Assembly: GCA_043228905.1 (NCBI GenBank)
Contig: JBHGNT010000006.1
Span: 1,240,001-1,304,000 of the forward strand
Source: Azolla caroliniana
Lineage: Eukaryota; Plantae; Polypodiophyta
DNA length: 64,000 nucleotides
Direction of reading: 5' to 3'
This document shows, in pieces, positions 38,209 through 48,310 of the stretch. Position numbers and translations under genes: made by a program. The notes under the pieces were generated by a model. The model was given only the letters and a program-made list of their open reading frames with translations. It was not told the origin of the DNA and searched no databases. Positions within the stretch are counted from its first letter, which is position 1. Each line of letters begins with the position of its first letter.

Positions 38209-39863
38209 CTAGATCCACAATGTGTCTATTGCGGAGAAGGCATTCATGTCATGAATGTGATCTTGATCGTGCTTAATGGTCACGTGATCATCCTCATGAG
38301 GATGATCATCAGCATTTCTTAACTCCACCTGATTAGCGTTCATCATTTCATGATCACGCAGATCCTGTCCATGATCACCAAGGGGTACTGGAGCCGGATA
38401 TTCTTCGACTAGAGGATGAGTAAAAACGAGGTCCTCGTAATTAATAGGTGAATAGCTATGAATATATAAGGCACTAGTACTGTTGAAGCAGCTGAGATGA
38501 GGAGCATAATCATCATCCATAATGGTGTAGTAATCGATCAAGGGGGATGGACCAATATTATTACTACTATAATTACCTATAAGAGGAGGAGGACCTATGA
38601 CGCTGTCTAAGCTAGGGAGACCCATGTTCTCCAATTTCAACATTTGTTGGATGTCTTCTGCTAGAAAGAGCGTGCTCGGCCCATACTGATCGTCGTACTC
38701 ATAATTATGAGGTTTATTATCAACCTCACAGCTCACTCCGGGAATCATATCCCAGAATGTTCCTACCCCAAGTACGTCATCTGTCGATAATGTGGGTGGA
38801 TCATTCTCCACTTGCAGAGATTCTATATACTTGTCCTGCTGCGACAACATTGATATGTGATCGCTTAATGCAGGGCCCAATGTTTGGTTTAATGGATCAT
38901 TTGCATGCTGAGATTCTGTGTGAGCATCTAGCACTAGAGCATGATTAGGGCCCGGAATTGGGTTGTCTGGTGGGCAATTATGCATGTCCAGAGACTCGAT
39001 ATGTTCAAATGCTGAATTATATGAGCCCCACGAATCCAAGTCGGCTAATAGCATCTCCTCAATATGGTCAGCTAACATCGACATATTCACATCGTTAATG
39101 TCATCGATTGGAATCATATTGCCTATTAATAATGAAGCCGCCGCCGCTGGCACTGCTCCTGAATCATCAGGCGGATTTAGATCCTCGTCTTCTTTAATGA
39201 CTCCATTGGGCCCCCCATGGAACTCCATCATGGAGCTCTGGCTAGCTCGTGCTACCTCAGGTGGAGGAGGAGGAGGAGGAGATACTAAATCTTGCTCATC
39301 CTCCTTAATATTATTACTGTGACCATTACTAAGTCTGGGCTGGCAGCCGTTGCCAAGGTTGTAGCGTTTGGGGGGACTATACTGATGCCCGCGAACATTG
39401 AAGACACATTTATTTCTGGCTCTTTGGAGGAGACAATCGAGGCCCCCATGGAGGCTAACATGGTGCTCATATTCCTTGGGCTTGAGAGTGAAGTAATAGG
39501 TTTTGGTACCTCTACTTCTACCATTAAGTCTGGCCATTCTTTTGGTGGTTGCGGAGGGCTTGACCTTATGGATGGCACCACCATTCATGATCTCGTCCTC
39601 TAATATCGGTAGCTTCTGCCATGATCGACTTCTGGAAGGCTTTTGGTTTATGGGCGAGTTAGTTTGGCTCTGATCTCGGCCGGGGCTGCTGGAGGAATGT
39701 GTGGGAGCTTCTTCTGCGGCCACGAGGGGGCGATGATGATGATGCGCAGAGGATTCGCAGTGCATGCCGTCGCTTTTGTGGACAATGCCATTAAGAGGCG
39801 ACTGTTGTTGCATGTTGGGTTGGATTAAGTGGTGGCCACATGAGGTGGAGTAACTGTGGATAG

Positions 39864-39896
<33 letters not shown>

Positions 39897-40299
39897 GTGG
39901 GCAGGCGATGGCGTGGGAGGGGGTGATAGGAGGGGGAGGAGAAGGAGAAGAGGAGGAGGAGGAGGTGTGGAGGGGGGAGGAGCAGAGGAATCGGGGCTGG
40001 AGGGCGTAGCGGGATTTGGCGCGGTTGTTGAAGTATCGGAAGCGGACGGAGGAGGAGGAGGAGGAGGAGGAGGCGCAGTGGGAGTGGGTGCAGGGAGGTG
40101 GGGGGAGGACGTGCTTGAAGAAGAAGTCGAGGGCGTGGCGGAGGGGCTGGGAGAGGTGGGAGAAAGGGTTGTCCTCCAGCTTCAGGCTGCCGGCGATGGC
40201 CCTGAACTGCACCTCCTCGCCGGCGGCGGCCACCGCCGCCAGCAGCTCCTCCAGACACCAGCGAGCAGTAGGCGGCGGAGGCCCACCACCACCCATCAC
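38209..40299 (-). CDS. Uncharacterised 696-aa single-exon protein with low-complexity tracts and an acidic C-terminal half
   Basis: 2.1-kb uninterrupted ORF with a GC-rich 5' end and poly-S/P/D/H tracts encoded by trinucleotide repeats. GA/TA tracts lie upstream. No domain recognised with confidence. Confidence 0.7.
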
Positions 40300-40612
40300 C
40301 CAACCCCCGGATCGACCGACCGGTAATGTTTATATGTATGTATATACTCTCTCTCTCTCTCTGCTTCTCTGTGTTCTGCCTGTGTCCTGCTTTTCCAATT
40401 TCAATATTTTCCGATATCCCCCTCTGCGCCTGATTGCCCCCCCCCCCCCCCCACCCTACTTACAAAAACATGCCGCCGTTGCGTTTCGCGTTTTCTCGTT
40501 TGCCCGTCCGTTTTTCTCTGCTTTGCGTTCCCGATCTCGTTCTTTTTCCACCTCCAAATAAAAAAATAAAAAAATAAAAAACCACATAATATGCATATTA
40601 AACGCAAATAAC

Positions 40613-40643
<31 letters not shown>

Positions 40644-41286
40644 AGAAAACCACATAAATATGCATATCTATTATAAAAAACGCAAACAAATAACCACAGG
40701 GTGCGTGGCGTGTGGACAGTGAGTGAGTGCTCCAGCTTCCAGTTCACAATCAAATGTTCCATGTTAAGAGGGGAAATGAGATATATATATGGCACATGCC
40801 ATTGCCAATGCATACATCACAAATAGAAATGGAGGTTTGGCTCATACATATTTGAAACAAAAAAAACCAGAGAGGGGAGACTATATGTATTTTATCAACA
40901 CCCCAAAATACATAGAAGAACACGTCACGTTGGAACGCCTCCCTCACGTATGACAACATTACATGTGCTTTTTAGGAACCCCCTCAACTGTTCTACAATT
41001 GCAAACCATTACCATTGTTGTAGATGACTTAAGATACAATTCACATAGAATACGTATGCTAAGTATTCTACCTTTTATTACAAATACTTTGAATACCTTT
41101 TTTTTCAGATAAAATACGTTAAATACTTAGGATATGTATGTATAGTGATCACTTAAAGAGCTATCATAAAAAGTGGATTTCGGTACCCACATCACTTTGG
41201 GCTACCTTTCTGTTCTCATCCCCTCCTATGTGCAACCATTGACAACCACTTTGCTACATGTCGCTTTGCCATGCTAATTAATTGAG

Positions 41287-41309
41287 ACATACATACATAC
41301 ATACATACA

Positions 41310-41338
<29 letters not shown>
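41287..41338. repeat. (TACA)n microsatellite (another at ~40614-40643)
   Basis: Directly visible. Confidence 0.9.
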
Positions 41339-41342
<4 letters not shown>

Positions 41343-44300
41343 TCTATTTTCATAAACAATTATCTATTTAATTAAGATGCCTCAAATGTTTTCTATTTAA
41401 TTAGGATATACATGTTTCTTAATTGGCGTAAATATTAGGTGTGCGTAAACTTTAGTTTAACTTACGAATCCCTTAAAGCTTCCACTATTGCATGGGGTTG
41501 TGAAGTAAGCGTTATTATATGTTGACGTATGCCACTATGTTTGCTTTTGGTTCAGAATGATGCCCTTAATCCCAAAATTAGCCTAATGTTCTCATTTGGA
41601 GGATGTTAACTTTTTTTGTCAAACATGTCACCTTTGATGCTACAATCTAGGGCAATGATATATATTTTCGAAGTTCAAATATGCAAAATATAACATTTTC
41701 GTGTAATATATGTGAAAGTGAGTAGTAGCTCTTAATGTTCAAGAACTTTACTCATGAATGTCGTGATTGAGAGAAGTCTCCTTGGTAAGATGGGGGTAGG
41801 ATGGTTGCCTATGTATAGATTCCCAATAATCTGGCGCTTATTGGGGCCTCTATTGAGGTCAAAAGCATAGCGCAACCTTGGTTGCTGGCCATACAAGTGA
41901 AAGGTTGGATGCTTGAATGGAAGCGAGTTAAGCAGAACGCCACAATAGTGTCGATAGACAAACCGTTAATTACACATGTGCTTGTGAAACGTGAATGGAA
42001 CCACCGAGGACTTGAACCAAAGAGGATGGGTTGCGTATTTAAATTGTTGTGTTGAAGATTTAAGGCTACTTGTTGATATTTGGTTTAGTTCTGAGATGGT
42101 TTGGCTTATTGCTTTTTGACTATGTATACATATATAAAATATATTTATGAGAAATATAACACTTAGTAATAGTTACCCTATTGGTAAATATAATGCTTTT
42201 AACCCTATGTTTGTAAGGTTTGAATCTTCCCTCACAAACTTACATTTTTTTTATTTTTTTTCCAAAATGAAGCTACTTTCCCATTAGTTAGGAAGGATTA
42301 TTACATAGAGAGTCTACAAGGAGACTTATACACACATCGGGGAGTCTTCCTCCGATCAAGTAAAAGAAGATGATCCTACTTACAATGCCTTGCGGCCTAA
42401 CTTAATGTAAGAAGCTACCTATATCCAAGGCGATGCCCTTCAATGTTGCCTAGTACGAGTCGGCTCTTGGGGCCTACAACGAAGAGGGTGGCAGGTGAGT
42501 AGGAAACAACCAACATGGGGGCTGGTAGTTCCACCTCATGCCACTCCCGCCTTGCATCACCATAGGTGTGTTCCGTCATTTCTGCCAAAAGCGCAAACGG
42601 GCACATTAGGTGGCACATTAGGCCTACACTCATGCTACCATTTTATTCTTTATTCGGACATTGGAGGAGAAAGGCTAGATGTGGAGAGAATGTTCGTCGT
42701 TGGAGGAGAATGTTGGAGGTGGAGAGAACGTTTGAGGATGGAGGAGTAAGCTGGAGGTGGAGGATGTTCAAATGATTGAGGTGGAGAATATTCAAATGTT
42801 CTCATATACCGTGATGTGTAATGCAGATTGCTTTTCTTCCTTCATCATTCATTACAAGATTCCAACATCTGATCTTCCGCTCCTAGTGTAAGCTCTTCAT
42901 GACTAAGTTAGTCTTTTTGTTGTTTATAACTTCGTCTTGTCTCTTCACCTCCTTTTCATACTTCTTGTCCCTCAATCCCTTATATGCAAATAGTTTAGCT
43001 CATTTTCTCATGTGCACTCCTCACATCATGGCATTATTAATTGGATGTCGAGATCATGGATAAAGACGTATTTGTTGATGAAGGTCTTCCTAAGCAAGAG
43101 CAACCAACTTCAATGGCTTTTATTGTGACGAGGACAAGAGAAGGATTGCCAATTGAAGAAGGCCGTAGGACACATCTGTTTAGTTGTGAGACAATAAGTT
43201 CAAGGTCAGAAGCACTCTTTATGGGCAACAATGATTAATGTTCAACGGGCTTGTAACGTAAAGGAACCGTTTAGAATTTCCAACATGATACACCACCTTT
43301 GTCGCATGGGCGTATGTCCCTCTACTCACTTTGTAATACTCAATACATAAACAAGGTCATGAGTCAGCTATGTATGATGACAACAACTGTGATGCTCTTG
43401 TACTTGGTCATAATTGATTTATGATTTGTCAAGATGTTTTCCCTTCCAACATTCTATTCATTCCAAAATTCTCTTTTTAGATTTGAAAAATTCCAATTTC
43501 AATCGAGAAATGATTTCCTGTTAAGAAATGATTGTTCATATGAAAATCCTTTTCTCATCAAGAAATGATTTCTTATCCACGCTCTAAAATCAAGAGATAG
43601 GTGAAGAAATAAAAGAGTTTGTAAATAGATCTTTACTTCTTTGACATGAAGTTGAAGGAATTCCTTATGCCTATTATAGTACCTCTTGTGCTTGATCTGT
43701 GAGGGGAAAAAAATGATAGCATAAATGAGGTGAAAAACATTAAAAAAGAGATAAGGTGATTAGCTAGTAATCACATAATTAATATAATAAAGTGATTATG
43801 AGAAAAATAAACACAAACAAAAACTGATTATACAAAGAAAATTTAATTCACAAAAACAAATGAGTTATCCTAGGAGTTGATGCCCCATACTAAGGTCATG
43901 TGTCAAGGTCAGATCATCGTTTACCCTTTGGTTGTTGAAAGGAGCAAGAATGGTCAAGCAATCTCGAGTTAGTCACTCTAATATATAATGATGACATAAG
44001 TAACCTCTTCCTTTATCTCTTAAATAGTATTTATAATGAGGAAGCTATATAGTGCCATTACAGTGTGGATTGATGGTTTCACCTAGTCAGTTAACGATAC
44101 ACAATGCACAATAAATGAGTGATACAAGCTTCGATTACTTATGATACACCATAGTCACATAGAAGAGGATTAGTGTAAGTCTTAGAGTAAAGTGCTTAAC
44201 AAGTATACTATCTTTATAGTCTTATACTATGTTTTGGCACTTTCCACACTAGCCACAAGGCTTTAGATTTTATTAGCTTTTCCACTTTTGCCTTCTCTTC

Positions 44301-44774
44301 CACCTACACTTGTATCCTTAGCATCGATGGAAATATCATTATCGGATCATGAAACTTATAAGTAGTTAAGTTGTTGATATATAAATGTTGAGTGATGGAA
44401 TCACACAAAATCTATTATGGTTCCATTGTTTTTATTCTATTTGAAATTGTTTGATTGGCAACACAATGAATATCAATAGAGGTATTGCATCCTTACAATT
44501 CCTCCATTGGGATGGAAAAGAAAGTCACAAGTCAAGCTTCAATTGAATGACAATGGCTTGGCTTGGTAACTACTAAAAATGTTATTTTAGAGTCAGAAAA
44601 ACAATCACACCCTTCCAAGTGATGGGAACTATGTTTCATATACCTCAAGGGTATTATTGTTATATTTGGCAATCAAATTTTGTATTTCGTCTAGCAACCT
44701 TGATTCTAGAGTTGGTAGTAGAGGAATCAAGAAAAGATTGGTAATTTCATAGTAAAACATTGATATTTGAGGTG

Positions 44775-44911
44775 CAAACTAATTATGTATGTCGTAAGTT
44801 GGTTGAAGGTAAAGTTTGGTTAGTGAAGAATGTCTCATATACATAGCACAAACTAATTATGTATATCATAAGTTGGTGGAAGGTAAAGTTTGGTTAGTGA
44901 AGAATGTCTCA
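44775..44911. repeat. Tandem duplication, ~72-bp period
   Basis: caaactaattatgtat.tc.taagttggt.gaaggtaaagtttggttagtgaagaatgtctca occurs twice. Confidence 0.85.
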
Positions 44912-45169
44912 AATGCGTAACATGGAGGTGTCTAATTTTAGATGTGGGATGACAATCTTATCCTCCATTTTGTGGGAGGGTGTTTCTTTGGCATGCAATG
45001 GTGGGTTGGTTGCCTTTGGCGATGATTGTTGTAAAGAAATGGACAATGTAGGTGATCTTGTGCAGTGGAAGGAAATTGTATGTGTGTGAGTACTAAGACA
45101 AAAGGAGAGAGAGTGAGTGAACTTAGGGACAGAGAACAACAATTTGTATTAACAAGAGAGAGTGAGTAC

Positions 45170-45657
45170 TACGGGGTGGATTAGTCGACCTTGACTGAAA
45201 AATCGAGTGACTGAAAACTCGACTAATCGATTTGGCTAATAGCCGAGTCAGCCGAAGTTGAAGTCGACTTGAGGCTAGATTTGTAAATAGTCATATATGA
45301 ACTTGAGTATAAATATACTTAGGGCAAGTTGTTAGAAAGTAGAATCATTATTGTTGTAAGTAGATATAGTGTGTAGTTGCCTTTGTAACCAAACTTAGAG
45401 AAAGTTGTATCTCTGCAGTCGTCTATCAGACGAAGAAGAACTCAAGGTCATTGCCTTGAGATTCTTATTGGTGTATTTCCTCTCGATATAGTGATCCATT
45501 TGGACTCTGTGGGCTCCTGTGGTTTTTCCCTTTTAAGGGTTTTCCACGTTAAATATATGTGTCTCTGTACTTCTGTTTTCTATTTTTCGTTTGTGTATTG
45601 TCGTCTTGATCCTTGCACCGGCATACGAAAGAGTAATAATCGGTACTATCCTCAACA
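45170..45657 (+). mobile_element. LTR fragment / solo-LTR-like (Copia type)
   Basis: GTCGAC/CCGA-rich U3, TATAAATA at ~45308, U5 motif GTGGTTTTTCCC..AAGGGTTTTCCACGTTAAA, ending ...CTCAACA. 5' end and TSD not found. Confidence 0.6.
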
Positions 45658-46063
45658 CTTAGGCCAACTGGCCTTTCAACTATTTATAAAACTAGCCCAA
45701 ACCTAGTGTGTCCATTGCTAGTGTGAAAGCCATTTTGGCCTTACAAGGATTCGAGCCCAAGACGTCTTGGTCTATATGTTAGACCTTTAACCATTATAAT
45801 AACATATATGATGTATAGTTATAATAAATGTATTATTAGTTATTCCAAGATATTTAGAGTATTCTAGAACATTCTAGGATATTCCATGATTATATTAAAT
45901 AACTAAAATATTCTAGAACATTCTAGAATACTCCATAAGGACCTATAAATAGGTGTCTATTCATTCATCACAACTCATTTGGTTCAACACCAGTTTGTAG
46001 CCCCTTAGCCTACTCTTTGTAATCCTTGCTCTCTTATAATATAACTCTCTTTCCAGTTCTAGT

Positions 46064-46133
<70 letters not shown>

Positions 46134-46272
46134 CCTTCTATTGTCATCTTATCTTTCTCTCTCCTATTCTCAAGTCTCGACAATTTATACCGCATATCTC
46201 TCTTTCCTTCTTCTCCAACTTCTTCTTATCTTAACCTTATTCAAGCAAATCTAGCAATTTTCTCTCGCAACT

Positions 46273-47391
46273 ATGGAGTCCGTCAACAAACAAGAATAGG
46301 TGCGTGTTCTCTCCAAGCTCGACATGCTAACAACCAAATTTGTGGCACTGGAGCATGAAAATCAAAGATTGTTGGGAGACCTACAACAAGTAAGTGTTGA
46401 GAAAGTACAACAATATGAAGATTTATCTCAACGGGTGCATCAAGTGGAGATGACTCTATTGCAACGACAAGCAGTGGAAGTTCAAACCTCGCCGAAGGAA
46501 CCCAAGATTAGTCTGCTAGCCAAGTTTGATGGTACAAGGTCTCAATTTCGTGGATTTTTAAATAAGGTACGGCTTGTGATTAAATTGCATCCTAGCCATT
46601 ACCCAACTGATGTTGCTCGTGTGGGACTAGTTGGTACCTTGTTAACGTGTCCCGCATTAGCGTGGTTTGCACCACTCCTAGAGAAGCACTCACCATTTTT
46701 AGAAGAATTTGAAGGGTTTATTAATGAGTTCCAAGCCAACTTTAGAGACACTGATAGTATGAGGACCGCAATAAACAAAATTCGGCGATTACGACAATGA
46801 GATCGTCCTACTTCCTCTTATGCTGCAGATTTTCGCCTTCTAGAATATGATATTCCATGGGACGAGGCAGCATTAATCGACCAATTTTGTCAAGGTGTGC
46901 GCAATGATGTGAAGGATTTACTTCTTACCTTCCATGATGATCCAAAATCTCTTCTTGAAGTAGTAAGCTGGGTCGTGCGATGTGACAATCGCTTATTTGA
47001 GCAGCATTCTGAGCGCCAACAAATGTTACGCTTCTGACCAACAGAAACATATGCTTCGGTGGTCGCAATTCCACCCCAAGTATCAAAGTCAAGTGTGGTG
47101 GAAGGCCCCACTCCAATGGAAATCGAGACAACATGACATCGAGGACCATTATTGGATGTTGAAAAGCAACGACGACGATCAAATCGTCTATGCCTCTATT
47201 GTGGTGCTCCAAGGCATATTGTTGTGAATTGTCCACATAAACCACGACGACAAGTTAACCAAGTAAGTGCTCATGACAATCCCATCTCAATTTCTGCCCC
47301 GCCTTCTCGTAACCCAAGTAGGCCTAGTAGTCCCTGTCATAAAAATACATTTGATGTCTTGAGCCAATTAGATGATGTGTTAAACGAGTAA
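46273..47391 (+). pseudogene. PEG10/sushi-like Ty3 gag (retrotransposon gag + CCHC), four in-frame stops
   Basis: One reading frame from ATG 46273: EPKISLLAKFDGTRSQFRGF..., LLT.PALAWF, LRQ*..YAADFR, WDEAALIDQF.QG, PTPMEIE, RRSNRLCLYCGAPRHIVVNC. Confidence 0.88.
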
Positions 47392-47455
47392 GTCCAGCCA
47401 AAATCGGAGCCATTTGGTTGGACAACCCTAGGCATGTAACGTCCGTCCCTAGTTG

Positions 47456-47499
47456 TGGTTCCATTGCTGGAGATGAACCCGGGTCTCTCGGGTGAGAGC
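47456..47499 (-). tRNA. Reverse-copied 3' half of tRNA-Glu(CUC) including the CCA tail (fragment, not a tRNA gene)
   Basis: Minus strand GCTCTCACCCGAGAGACCCGGGTTCATCTCCAGCAATGGAACCA matches, from recall, the anticodon loop, T-arm and acceptor 3' strand of plant cytosolic tRNA-Glu(CUC) plus CCA. The 5' half is absent. Confidence 0.8.
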
Positions 47500-47820
47500 A
47501 AGGATTACAAAGAGTAGGCTAAGGGGCTACAAACTGGTGTTGAACCGAATGAGTTGTGATGAATGAATAGACACCTATTTATAGGTCCTTATGGAGTATT
47601 CTAGAATGTTCTAGAATATTTATGATATTTATGATATTTAATATAATCATGGAATATCCTAGAATGTTCTAGAATACTCTAAAAATCTTGTGATAACTAA
47701 TAATACATTTATTATAACAATACATCATATATGTTATTATAATGGTTAAAGGTCTAACATATAGACCAAGACGTCTTGGGCTCGAATCCTTGTAAGGCCA
47801 AAATGTATGTCTTCATGACA

Positions 47821-47900
47821 GTTGATATCATTTATATTCTCCTCTCCAATGACTAGATCATCCACGTACAGGATGATAACAATCGAGTGTTTATCTTACC
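47821..47900 (-). mobile_element. Short Copia RT fragment (YVDD motif) flanking the inverted-LTR element
   Basis: Minus strand translates IVIILYVDDLVIGEENINDIN. Confidence 0.75.
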
Positions 47901-47914
47901 AGGACTAGCCGTAA

Positions 47915-48310
47915 ACATAGGGTGTCATATTCGGAACACGTCTCCAAACGGGTGGATAGGGTGTCATATTCGAAACACGTCTCCAAAGGGGTGGTTGGGA
48001 TATGGATGAATATCCGGTACTGATTCGACAAGTTATACGTAACACTCCAGCTACTACCGTATTGCCTTTTGGGACCGCTTAATATGTTTTCGATTCTTAA
48101 TTACACGCGTATGATTAATAGTTACAACATAGACAACAAGTACACAAAGGAGACGATAAGGTTATCAACAAAGCACACTTAAATTGTATTACTTCCGTAA
48201 GATTTAAACATCGATCCGGATCCTTTTATAGGCATCCAATATAGATTCCAAAACGGTGCCTTACCGGCTACCGGCTACTTAATCGGTGCGGATCCGGATT
48301 GGTACAACTA
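47915..48310 (-). mobile_element. LTR-like fragment with a 38-bp tandem duplication
   Basis: atagggtgtcatattcg.aacacgtctccaaa.gggtgg occurs twice. CCTATAAAAGG on the minus strand at ~48222-48232. ACCGG-rich U3-like sequence. Confidence 0.4.

Larger units (their letters stand above)
45731..47820 (+). mobile_element. Gag-only retroelement with inverted LTR-derived termini (copy 1)
   Basis: 45731-46033 is the reverse complement of 47494-47805. The right end reads ...GTCTTCATGACA and is followed by GTTGA. The left LTR has CCTATAAATAGG and probably ends at TCTCGACA (46182). Internal gag, no pol. Confidence 0.88.

Noticed and set aside
39856-40561. Gly/Glu-rich ORFs on the + strand and in alternative frames
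   Set aside because: Shadow ORFs of the GC-rich trinucleotide repeats in the 696-aa minus-strand ORF.
47456-47499. Functional tRNA-Glu gene
   Set aside because: The 5' half (acceptor 5' strand, D-arm, A-box) is missing and CCA is encoded, so it is a cDNA fragment.
45731-47820. DIRS/tyrosine-recombinase element or DNA transposon (MULE/foldback) explanation for the inverted repeats
   Set aside because: No recombinase or transposase. The arms are LTR-like (TG start, TATA box) and the reconstructed TSD is 5 bp, matching retroviral-type integrase.
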